From: Bdellovibrionota bacterium
GTDB taxonomy: Bacteria > Bdellovibrionota_G > JALEGL01 > DATDPG01
DNA: 64,000 nt
Reading direction: 5' to 3'
NCBI GenBank assembly: GCA_963668355.1
Contig: OY764265.1
Coordinates: 2,176,001-2,240,000 of the forward strand
Program-made: the position numbers and the translations under genes
The notes under the pieces: model-generated
Databases searched by the model: none
What the model saw: the letters and a program-made list of their open reading frames with translations, nothing else
Told to the model about the DNA's origin: nothing
Shown: piece after piece, positions 16,858 through 25,305 of the stretch
Layout of the letters: the number at the start of each line of letters is the position of its first letter
How positions within the stretch are numbered: the first letter of the stretch is position 1

Positions 16858-17682
16858 TTAATGGTAAAAATCGAATTCGTTTTGAAGTTCTACGGCCGCC
16901 TTGAAGGTTGTAAAGAGCTTTTCCAGCGTGGCCAAAGAAAGTCCATCCGCTTCTATGAGTTGTTCAACGCAACGATCCAAATCCCAGGAGGTGCTTTCCG
17001 AAAGGTTCTCTTGGAAGGGATACTCTCGAAAAGCAGATATGATTCGATGGTTCTCGGCATCAAATTTAAGGCTGGAACTGTTGTAGGACATGATGGAATC
17101 TGGGACTAGATTATCAAGAGCGCCAAATACATGTGCCATTTCGTGAAGCAGGACACGCTGAGGGTTGAGCTGAGCCCATAATTTAGTCTTAACTTGCGAG
17201 TAGTTTTGGACTGGGCAATTTGAGGGCAAGTCAAGAGCTCTAACCAAGGCAAAACGATTTAACCAAAAAGTTTCACCTAATAGCATGAAGTTGTTTATGT
17301 CAGACAATTGAGAACAATCGGGTTGAAACAGCGAGACCCCTACGATGAGGTCCACTTTTTCCTTTCGAAGATAAGTAATCTCTTCAAAAATGCCTCTGGG
17401 GAAGGTTGATTTTCGATAGTCACCCCAAATCTCAAAAATGCCGATATCTCGGATTTCGAAAGCAATTTGGAACTCATCCTGAAAGGTTTTGGAAACTGAG
17501 GCCATCCAGATCTTCAGTTTTTCTTGCCAATTTTCGTATCGTTCGACGAAGTACTCATCCGCCACGAGAAGCACTGAGACCTTTCGTGTTTGGGAAATTG
17601 GATCGTTTTTTCCTGGGGTGCTTTCCCCCGCGTAAGCTTGGGTTATAAAGAAGGCCAAACCAAGAAGCAGACTTTTGTTCAT
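16858..17682 (-). CDS. Secreted metzincin-like zinc metalloprotease
   Basis: Signal peptide MNKSLLL..AYA after GAGG; HEMAHVFGALD plus SIMS Met-turn. Confidence 0.75.
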   Translation of the reverse strand: MNKSLLLGLAFFITQAYAGESTPGKNDPISQTRKVSVLLVADEYFVERYENWQEKLKIWMASVSKTFQDEFQIAFEIRDIGIFEIWGDYRKSTFPRGIFEEITYLRKEKVDLIVGVSLFQPDCSQLSDINNFMLLGETFWLNRFALVRALDLPSNCPVQNYSQVKTKLWAQLNPQRVLLHEMAHVFGALDNLVPDSIMSYNSSSLKFDAENHRIISAFREYPFQENLSESTSWDLDRCVEQLIEADGLSLATLEKLFTTFKAAVELQNEFDFYH

Positions 17683-17833
17683 GAGTCCTCGCATGCGATG
17701 CGGTTTACCACAGCAAGACATATGCCACGGCAACTATTAGCACATGTTTAGTTATTGACGTAATTTTAGGGAGTTAGAAATTCTCGAAACAGGTGGAGGG
17801 GCGAAATCGAGACCAAGATCTCCCACCACTCCT

Positions 17834-17895
17834 GAATCGCGGGCCACACGACGGAATTCGATTAAACAGATTTCATAAATCCGGGGACACGATTC
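17834..17895. repeat. REP-like half units
   Basis: GAATCGCGGGCCACACGACGGAATTCGATTAAAC and CCGGGGACAC. Confidence 0.75.
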
Positions 17896-18058
17896 GGCTT
17901 TGGTCTTCGCCAAGCCTACGACCGAACAAGTCGCAATGCTACGTCGGTATGTATTCTTGTTTGGGCGGGGGTAATTGCGTAGGTTGGCTCTGGAATTAAA
18001 AATAGTTTCTCCGACATTCTAAGTGTGTACTCTTTGGAGGTTAGAAAGGAATCGGGAG

Positions 18059-18376
18059 ATGATGAGAAAAAGTGTTTTCGGAGTTTTGTTATTGGGAGTG
18101 ATGGTTTCATGTGTGTCATGTGGCGTGTTGTATGGAATTGACATTGAAGCGACGCCGACGTCTGGTTCCGCACCTTTAACCGTTTCTTTTGTTTCAGATA
18201 CAGATGGATACGTAGGAATCATTGAATATTACTGGAATTTTGATGATGGAGAAATTTCCAGAGAAGAAGATCCGACGCATACGTTCACTGAACCAGGGGT
18301 TTACTCTGTGACATGTGAGGCTACGAACGATCAAACGGTCGTATCCACGTCGGTTGAAATTCACGTTACGGAATAA
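18059..18376 (+). CDS. PKD-domain lipoprotein
   Basis: Lipobox VSC; PTSGSAPLTVSF, YYWNFDDG, PTHTFTEPGVYSV. Confidence 0.85.
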   Translation: MMRKSVFGVLLLGVMVSCVSCGVLYGIDIEATPTSGSAPLTVSFVSDTDGYVGIIEYYWNFDDGEISREEDPTHTFTEPGVYSVTCEATNDQTVVSTSVEIHVTE

Positions 18377-18386
18377 CGAATTTTCG

Positions 18387-19031
18387 ATGGAAAAGCCTTT
18401 TTCAGAGTCGGCTGAGCGGAATAAAGAGGCGATTTTAAATGTTCTTAAGGAAGTCATCGTGCCTTCGGACAAGCTGCTTTTTGAGGTCGGTGCACGAACG
18501 GCCCAATATGCTCAGCATTGTGCTAGTTACTTTCCCGATTTGCAGTGGGTGCTTTCGGATGTGGCGGGAAACCAAGCAGGTCTGAAGCTCTGGATGAAGG
18601 ATTGCAAAAAATCAAACATCAAAGGACCGCGTGTTTTTGAGGTGGGGAGGGATGACTTTCCCATGCCCTATATCAATGTTGTATTCACAGTGAATACGCT
18701 TCAGGTGATGTCTTGGAAGCAGAATAAGACCTTCTTTAAACTTCTGGGAAAACGACTGCGCAAAGGGGCAAGGGTGTTGATTTACGGTCCCTTCAACGTT
18801 GGAGGAAAATTCATCACTCCGGGAAACGAAGCTCTGGATCGGCGCCTCAAGGAAGTGAACCCCCAAAGCGGAGTCCGGAACTATGAAGATGTAAAAAGTG
18901 GCATGGAAAAGAGATGTTTCGAGTTGTTAAAAGACTATGACATGCCCAATAATAACAAGCTCCTGTGTTTTTCGAGGCTTTCCCAGTGCGTAATTCGGGG
19001 GACACCGGCTTTATATTGCACAGCGAAATAA
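18387..19031 (+). CDS. DUF938-family SAM-methyltransferase-like protein; 3' end runs into a repeat
   Basis: KPFSESAERNK.AIL, YGPFN, DMPNNN motifs. Confidence 0.8.
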   Translation: MEKPFSESAERNKEAILNVLKEVIVPSDKLLFEVGARTAQYAQHCASYFPDLQWVLSDVAGNQAGLKLWMKDCKKSNIKGPRVFEVGRDDFPMPYINVVFTVNTLQVMSWKQNKTFFKLLGKRLRKGARVLIYGPFNVGGKFITPGNEALDRRLKEVNPQSGVRNYEDVKSGMEKRCFELLKDYDMPNNNKLLCFSRLSQCVIRGTPALYCTAK

Positions 19032-19049
19032 GGTTGATGTCTCCAAATT
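18992..19049. repeat. Type A REP-like hairpin
   Basis: AATTCGGGGGACACCGGCTTTATATTGCACAGCGAAATAAGGTTGATGTCTCCAAATT. Confidence 0.85.
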
Positions 19050-19157
19050 TGCAAAAAGTGTTGAAGAAAATTAAACACACCATATGATCCATTTAATGTT
19101 GAAGATAGGAAAAGAATTCAGACGAAGTCATGTGTCTCGTTTTGGGTAAGAACTTCA

Positions 19158-21212
19158 GTGAATCGATATTTTTTATTTTTCATGGTTGTGCTTTTTTTGT
19201 TTGGTTGTTCCAGCAGTGATAATGATTTGTGTGAAGTTTCGATTTCAAATGCAGTCTCTAGCCAATTCTTTCCTCTTACGGGCGAGGTATATTTAACTTC
19301 TTCTAATTGTAAGATGAGTACTAACATAAATTCTCTCACCTTAACTGTTAATGATGAGCTTGTGTCAAATTCAGATGTTCAGATAGATAGCGAAGGCATT
19401 AGGTTTTCTCCATCACTAAATGAAGGAGAGAATCGAGTATTTCTTCTCATGGCGTCTGACGATGGTAAATCTATTGTTTATGATTCGATAATTTGGGCGG
19501 GTTCTCAAACTTTGACTGTGACGGTCAAAAATACGGAAAATGAAATTGTAGTAGGGGCCCAAGTTAAAGTGATCCTAGGAGATGATCATTCTTTTTTTTT
19601 GGAAAAAATTTCTGATGAAAACGGAATAGTTATATTTGAAAACGTGCCAAATCGCACGGTTGCGATTGAAGCTTTTGATAGTTCAAATGCCCATGTCGTC
19701 GAGCCTGTTAGTGGTGGTTCTGAATCGACTGTTGTAATACTACGAGGATTTGCTGCCCCCAGTGAAGTTAATAATAATGATCTGTCACAGGGAACAAATG
19801 GCTGGACATGGAGTGATGGAGCCGAAGTCGAAATTGTAACTTCTGTGGAAGAAAATGCTCTTTCCCAATTGCAAAAAATACAGCGAAACATGATACGACA
19901 GCCGCGTAACCCGAATCATTCACACCTTGTTCAACTACTAAGAGAAATAGAAAGAACTCAGAGTGGAGGAAATGTTGATCGAGCCATCATGCTTACAACT
20001 TCAGAACAAGGTCCGGCAACACTTTCACGTACCTTTCGAGTTGCAAGTAATGTAGAATCGTTATCCTTTAAGTTTCGATTTGAAACATCCGAAGTCCCAG
20101 GTGGATATTACGGTAGCGAATTTAACGATTATTTCTCTGTCACCGTTCGTAATCAGCGGTCCGGCGAAATTTATTCTTTCGGAAGGAGCATGAATGATGT
20201 CTCCTTATTTGCTTTTACTTCAAATGGAGTAACTGCATGGTATTCAGATTCTATTGACGTAGAAGAGAATGATATTGTTCAAGTGGATTTGGTTGTGGCT
20301 AATGTTTTAGATGGCTTGTACGATTCTTCCGTTGTGTTTGGTGCAATTGAGTCGACTCCCGTTCGCATTTCTGGATTCGAAGCGTATGATTTGGATGGTC
20401 AAAGCTTAGAGTATTTTAGTGGCGGAGAACATACTTATTTGGGTGGAACAACACCGGTTTATTCTACGGTTGAGTTGACTGGTTCTGAAGGCACGGTGAT
20501 CTCAGCCGTTAAGCTTGAAGTGCTACAGGGAGGGGGTGTTGTGGCTGAAGTGGAGTCTTCGGGCACTGAAGCATCAGCTTTGTTAGGTGCTATAGGTTCA
20601 GAAGGGAGACTTTCTGTAAGCAATCCAGCTAAGCTCTTTTCTTTTTCAGCTAGTAATTTGATTAATTTATCAAACGCGCTTGGTTCCAGTGTGACATTGC
20701 GTCTTCGAGTTCAAACCGAAACGGGTTCGGAAGTTACCAAAACATGGTCTCGTTCCCTGCCTGTTTTAACTCGTGTGACTGGATTGCAACGTTATAGTTT
20801 GCGTGATGATTCAGAAGGTGGAGACGATTGGGGAGGAATAAACATACAAACAGTACTAACGGATTTAGGTTCTAATTTTTTTGTGAACGATATTAGTAAT
20901 ATGCATGGTGGAAGGTTTTTACCACATGTTAGCCATAAAAAAGGCGTGGATGCAGATTTTCGTATTGGTTCTAACACGGCAGCTGTGGGTGAAGATGTTG
21001 TTAGATTATTGGTTTCAGCGTTGGACAATCTGTCGGCTTCTACCTTTGCAAAAATTAAATTTATATTTCTAACTTATGAAATAGGTGACGCAGAAAATTC
21101 GCTTACGCAATATATTCAAGGAGCTAGAATTCAGGATCGCATGGCCACAGATATATTGCGCTATGAACCTAATCATACTGGGCACTTTCATTTAAGGGTG
21201 TTGTCTGAATGA
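19158..21212 (+). CDS. Lipoprotein with Ig/carboxypeptidase-regulatory-like domains and a C-terminal MepA-like (LAS) murein endopeptidase domain
   Basis: Lipobox LFGC; DIS..GG....H.SH..G.DAD and H..HFH zinc motifs. Confidence 0.75.
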   Translation: MNRYFLFFMVVLFLFGCSSSDNDLCEVSISNAVSSQFFPLTGEVYLTSSNCKMSTNINSLTLTVNDELVSNSDVQIDSEGIRFSPSLNEGENRVFLLMASDDGKSIVYDSIIWAGSQTLTVTVKNTENEIVVGAQVKVILGDDHSFFLEKISDENGIVIFENVPNRTVAIEAFDSSNAHVVEPVSGGSESTVVILRGFAAPSEVNNNDLSQGTNGWTWSDGAEVEIVTSVEENALSQLQKIQRNMIRQPRNPNHSHLVQLLREIERTQSGGNVDRAIMLTTSEQGPATLSRTFRVASNVESLSFKFRFETSEVPGGYYGSEFNDYFSVTVRNQRSGEIYSFGRSMNDVSLFAFTSNGVTAWYSDSIDVEENDIVQVDLVVANVLDGLYDSSVVFGAIESTPVRISGFEAYDLDGQSLEYFSGGEHTYLGGTTPVYSTVELTGSEGTVISAVKLEVLQGGGVVAEVESSGTEASALLGAIGSEGRLSVSNPAKLFSFSASNLINLSNALGSSVTLRLRVQTETGSEVTKTWSRSLPVLTRVTGLQRYSLRDDSEGGDDWGGINIQTVLTDLGSNFFVNDISNMHGGRFLPHVSHKKGVDADFRIGSNTAAVGEDVVRLLVSALDNLSASTFAKIKFIFLTYEIGDAENSLTQYIQGARIQDRMATDILRYEPNHTGHFHLRVLSE

Positions 21213-21895
21213 AATTTGTTTTTGCAAAAACCAATTTAATATTACTTGCTTTGGGATTTTCTGGCTTAGCGTATGGAGGCGATCTTTTTTTGGAAAGTTT
21301 AGCTCGTGAAAGTGTGATCAAGTCAAAAAATTTGGGGCTAGATTGGACAATTGTTTGTGAACATGGAAACGAATTCGAATTTGGTAAGGGAATTTTTGAA
21401 ATCAGCCCACAAGAAGAACGTTGGGTAAAAATGGATAGAGAGGATGGGTTCGAACCCAACTATTACATTCATACTCCAAAATGCGAAAAGCCTGTATTTT
21501 ATGTAAAAGGAGTAAATTTTCCCCAAAAAGAACGAGGAAAAGTACTTGTTAATCGAAAACACGCGATTTTATGTCAGGATCTTTCTTTTGGAAAACGAAA
21601 ATGCGATTTAACTGAGAATGGAAGGACATGGAGTTTCTTGGGGAAAATCACCTCTACGGAACTCCAGGTAAAAATATTTCAAGGGGAAAAGATCCACCTT
21701 GCACTAAAAGGGAAAGAAGAAAACTCAATGCAGGAACCTAGCTGGGGTGTTCTTTGGGCCGGTTTGTGGAAAGAACGGTTAATTGTTTTGATGCATGTGA
21801 GTCGTAATTACGTGGCTCGTAATTATTATCTTCTTGTCGAGAACAAAGAGGGAAAATTGGAGAAGAAGGCTAATGATTTTCGACCCGGTTGTTGA
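21209..21895 (+). CDS. Secreted hypothetical protein coupled to the endopeptidase gene
   Basis: ATGA overlap with the upstream gene; signal peptide ending AYG. Confidence 0.6.
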   Translation: MKFVFAKTNLILLALGFSGLAYGGDLFLESLARESVIKSKNLGLDWTIVCEHGNEFEFGKGIFEISPQEERWVKMDREDGFEPNYYIHTPKCEKPVFYVKGVNFPQKERGKVLVNRKHAILCQDLSFGKRKCDLTENGRTWSFLGKITSTELQVKIFQGEKIHLALKGKEENSMQEPSWGVLWAGLWKERLIVLMHVSRNYVARNYYLLVENKEGKLEKKANDFRPGC

Positions 21896-21951
21896 TTTTT
21901 ATAGATGTCAGTAAACCATGCTTGTCATTACCTTTTGAAACTGTTCATTTT

Positions 21952-22019
21952 GGAATAAGGGGACTGTCGACGGTATCCAAGTTAAAGAAATGAGATGCAG
22001 TCGTGTGTCCCGCAATTCC
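21952..22019. repeat. REP-like hairpin
   Basis: GGAATAAGGGGACTGTCGAC ... GTCGTGTGTCCCGCAATTCC. Confidence 0.8.
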
Positions 22020-22046
22020 GAAAATGTTTGGTCTGGGGAGATGGTT

Positions 22047-22256
22047 CTACTTTTTTATGAAGATTTTTTCGTTTTCGATTTCGACAATTTGACCCGGATA
22101 GAGTTTTCGTCCTTTTCGAGTTTCAACCTCGCCATCCACGCGTACGAGACCATCTACAATCATGGCTTTGGCTTGGCCTCCATCTTGAACGAGGGAAGCT
22201 GCTTTCAGGAGTTTTTTTAACTCAATGTATTCGCCCTGTTGAATGAAGAAATCCAT
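22047..22256 (-). CDS. S4-domain RNA-binding protein (YbcJ/YaaA family)
   Basis: YIEL.KLLK...GGQAK..I..G.V.VDGEVETRKGRKL.PG. Confidence 0.9.
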   Translation of the reverse strand: MDFFIQQGEYIELKKLLKAASLVQDGGQAKAMIVDGLVRVDGEVETRKGRKLYPGQIVEIENEKIFIKK

Positions 22257-22321
22257 GAGAGTGGGAGAATCTTAGGGGGAATGGGATCAAATGCAAATTT
22301 TCCTCTCAGAAACTTTTCGAT

Positions 22322-22846
22322 TTAACGTGTGATGGCGTATCGGAGAGCTTGAACGGATTCGAAGTCGTCCCATCCTTCTTTTTTCATGCCGACTTTCTCA
22401 AGAACTCTTATAGATGCTTTATTTTTAGGCAAAACAAGGCCGATGATGCGTTTGAGTTTAAGAATGTTAAAACCAAAATCAATTGAAGCTTGAGAGGCTT
22501 CGGTGGCTAATCCTTTTCCCCAATGCTCAGGCAAAAAGCGATATCCGAGATCGATCTCTTCTCGTTCCGGCAGGAATTTTAACCCAGCAAAGCCAATCAC
22601 TTTCTTTTCGCCTTTAAGCACACAAGCCCAGCGACCAAAGCCGTATTTTTCGAAATCCGGATAGGCTTCGATTTGAGCTTTGGCGGTTTTGAGCGAAGGG
22701 CAAGGGGGTTCATCGGTATGTTCCATCACCTTGGGGTGGCTATTTAGACGATGGAAATCTCGGAAATCCTTTGGCTCAAATGCGCGGAGTATGAGGCGTT
22801 CGGTCTCAGGCCCTTCACGATAAATCTTCATCCAGGCAGTATACAC
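22322..22846 (-). CDS. RimJ/RimL-type GNAT acetyltransferase
   Basis: ETERLILR, LGYRF..WGKGLATEA, N.ASIRVLEKVGM. Confidence 0.9.
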   Translation of the reverse strand: MYTAWMKIYREGPETERLILRAFEPKDFRDFHRLNSHPKVMEHTDEPPCPSLKTAKAQIEAYPDFEKYGFGRWACVLKGEKKVIGFAGLKFLPEREEIDLGYRFLPEHWGKGLATEASQASIDFGFNILKLKRIIGLVLPKNKASIRVLEKVGMKKEGWDDFESVQALRYAITR

Positions 22847-22851
22847 GGCGC

Positions 22852-22943
22852 AATTCTGGGAGCACCGATGTCATTTCGCTGTGCAATATAAAGTCGGTGT
22901 CGCCAGATTCTATTCTAGAGTTTGCATGACACACAACTCAATT
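22852..22943. repeat. Type A REP-like hairpin in inverted orientation plus a partial type B
   Basis: ATTTCGCTGTGCAATATAAAGTCGGTGTC is the near-exact reverse complement of the type A core; TGACACACAACTCAATT follows. Confidence 0.85.
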
Positions 22944-23008
22944 TAGAAAATCGAGGGAAGAAGCAAACGTCTCGCAAATCCTTTCGGTTTCTTTGATCTG
23001 CGGAGTGG

Positions 23009-23593
23009 CTACCAGGTTCGTGTGAAAAGCCAAAAAGCAGTGTCGTAGCCTGGATCGGCGCAAATGAGCGCTTCGTTTTCTGTTAGCGCTGGGAATTTGT
23101 CGGATCGGATGAGGTTTCGAGGAAACCGCTTACAGAGGATGGGGGGCCAATCTTGACTTGTTTTGATGGCCAATTCTCCATCACGTTCTGTGAGTGAGAA
23201 TAGACCTTGGGGAAGGGACGTTCCCTTTTTCTCTCGATGATCCTCATACTTCACGTTGACGTCCGGTTGATCTACGCGAAATTCAAACTCACTCGCATAA
23301 ACAGGGCCGACGGGCTCGTCGAAGGAAATATGGCAAAATCCTAAAAAGTCGTAACCGACTATCTTCCATTTTTTTCCGGCCACATATTCGTAAGACGTGT
23401 TTGATTCTGTGTTCCTCCAAGCCCAGGCCAGTTCATCACGAAATGCGCTTCCAGCTCCATCGATTCGAAGCTCCAAACAAGAGGAGACCTTGGCAAAGAC
23501 AGGAGAAAGGGGTGAGAACCCCACAAGTAAAATTAAGCAAGTCCAGATCAATCGCATATTAAATCTCCAAAACATGACGCGACGCATTGTCAT
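23009..23593 (-). CDS. Secreted hypothetical protein
   Basis: Signal peptide MRLIW..VFA; start probably internal to the called ORF. Confidence 0.55.
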   Translation of the reverse strand: MTMRRVMFWRFNMRLIWTCLILLVGFSPLSPVFAKVSSCLELRIDGAGSAFRDELAWAWRNTESNTSYEYVAGKKWKIVGYDFLGFCHISFDEPVGPVYASEFEFRVDQPDVNVKYEDHREKKGTSLPQGLFSLTERDGELAIKTSQDWPPILCKRFPRNLIRSDKFPALTENEALICADPGYDTAFWLFTRTW

Positions 23594-23797
23594 TTCAAAA
23601 GAGCAATGTCAATTCGGTGGGCTAATGCCGGGGACACCCCGGAGGGTTTAAGTGCCAGGCGTATTTTTAGGATGCAATCCTGAAGCCTGCCACCTAAGCT
23701 TTTGTAGCCCAAAGGGGATTGCGTTTGTCCCGATGTGGAATGAGAGGTCTGATTTAAAATTGGTCAAAATCCAATACTTGGAGAAAGAAGAGGGGGA

Positions 23798-24082
23798 ATG
23801 AAGGCGAAAAAAGCCCAGGAAGTGCGGAGGCTGGAAGATATTCCCAATGTGGGGAAAGCGATTGCGGATGATCTGCGGCAAATCGGCATTACGGAGCCCC
23901 AGCAACTCATGCGAGAAGATGGGCTTGCGTTGTACCGGAAGTTGAATCAAGTGACGAAGCAGCGGCATGACCCTTGTGTGGCCGATACCTTTCTGGCTGC
24001 CGTTGACTTTATGAACGGTGGAAAGCCCCAGCCGTGGTGGAATTTTACGTCAAGACGAAAGAGGCTTTTGGGTGAAAGTTGA
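23798..24082 (+). CDS. Helix-hairpin-helix protein (Cdd1/mitomycin-resistance-like)
   Basis: LEDIPNVGKAIA.DL, HDPCV.D.F, PWW.FT motifs; good RBS. Confidence 0.85.
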   Translation: MKAKKAQEVRRLEDIPNVGKAIADDLRQIGITEPQQLMREDGLALYRKLNQVTKQRHDPCVADTFLAAVDFMNGGKPQPWWNFTSRRKRLLGES

Positions 24083-24169
24083 ACAAGTTGCTAACTCATA
24101 AAAATTAAAAAAAACAATTATTTAATAGTGCATTTGCTTTACTGTAGCGAATCTGTTATTCTTGAAGGT

Positions 24170-24676
24170 ATGAAGGCCGAACTTCTGAGTGTTTTTAAAG
24201 ACTTGGACACATGGATCCAAACAGAAAACGAACAACGATGTGAAAACGAAGAGTCTCCATTTCCAAAAGCATTGGTTCAGATTTTTGGCCAGTGTGGTCT
24301 TTTGTTGAATTCGTCTGTGAATCTTCCTCTAGTTGGGACAAGAGATCTGGATGCAAGGGTAGAGTCTTTGAGCAAGGTGGGGAGTGTTTGGCCCATACGA
24401 AAGAAACTGGAGAGATTGCTTGAGTTTCACGATTTGGATTTGGAAACGGACATCCATTTGATCTGGATTCCAGAAGGTTCAACATTTTCTGTGTTTTTTG
24501 AAACCACGCGACTTTGCTGTGAAGTTCTAGATCCTCTGTTTCTTTTGTGTTCAAAGGCAATCAAAGCGAAAGAAAAAAACAAAGTGCTTCTTCGAGAGGC
24601 CATTCAGTTCTATGGCGATGAATTACGAAATCTAATTGAAAAATATGGTGGGGATTGTGGATACTTTGAAGAATGA
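24170..24676 (+). CDS. DUF6036-like nucleotidyltransferase
   Basis: FGQ.GLL..GTRDLDA polbeta-type motif; SKAIKA.EKN. Confidence 0.65.
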   Translation: MKAELLSVFKDLDTWIQTENEQRCENEESPFPKALVQIFGQCGLLLNSSVNLPLVGTRDLDARVESLSKVGSVWPIRKKLERLLEFHDLDLETDIHLIWIPEGSTFSVFFETTRLCCEVLDPLFLLCSKAIKAKEKNKVLLREAIQFYGDELRNLIEKYGGDCGYFEE

Positions 24677-25145
24677 AGGAGGTAGAAGAGTTCAGAGAGT
24701 TATCGGTTTTCTAGTAGGAAAAGGGTTTTTGTGGACGACTTTTCCTGTAGATCCATTTTTTGGAAAAGTGAAGATCAAGGATGTTCTTTGGGTAGCCGAA
24801 AACAGAGAGCCCAGAGTTCTTGAAGTCTTTCCTGCGGCGTATCTTCACTTTCCCAAGACGTTTATTGGAAGGAGTGATTTGCCTCCAGATCTGGCCGATG
24901 TGATTTCAAGAGTAGAAAAAGGAGATATTAATCCGAGGGATGAATACAAAGGCATTAAGCTTACTCGAATGGCAAAATGGAATAATCGCCCCATAATGGA
25001 TAAACGAACAAGACCCTCTGACGAGAAGAAAGTGAACAAGACATTTCGAATGCGCAAGTCTCTTGCTCGTAAAATAAAGACTGTTTCCGAGCAGCTCAAT
25101 ATGACTCAAGTGGATTGGTTGGAGAAACTGATTCAAGACGCTTAA
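24636..25145 (+). CDS. Hypothetical partner with C-terminal ribbon-helix-helix-like segment
   Basis: Overlaps the upstream gene; EPRVLEVFPAA; KTFRMRKSLARKI..LEKLI. Confidence 0.55.
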   Translation: MKNMVGIVDTLKNEGGRRVQRVIGFLVGKGFLWTTFPVDPFFGKVKIKDVLWVAENREPRVLEVFPAAYLHFPKTFIGRSDLPPDLADVISRVEKGDINPRDEYKGIKLTRMAKWNNRPIMDKRTRPSDEKKVNKTFRMRKSLARKIKTVSEQLNMTQVDWLEKLIQDA

Positions 25146-25305
25146 AAAATTTGTTCTAGGGGCACAATTTGGTTTCTCACCGATACGCCGGAAAGAGCTT
25201 TCTTCACAGAAATGGGCGATTTGGCGTCGTCTGCCTCACTCTAGCGAGAATGAAATCTTTTCCGGATACTGGGTCGAGTACGCAAAAAGTGATGAAGCAT
25301 TCGGA

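Noticed and set aside
4021..23640. Classical integron with attC sites
   Set aside because: No intI, the hairpins lack consistent RYYYAAC/GTTRRRY ends, and the genes lie in both orientations.
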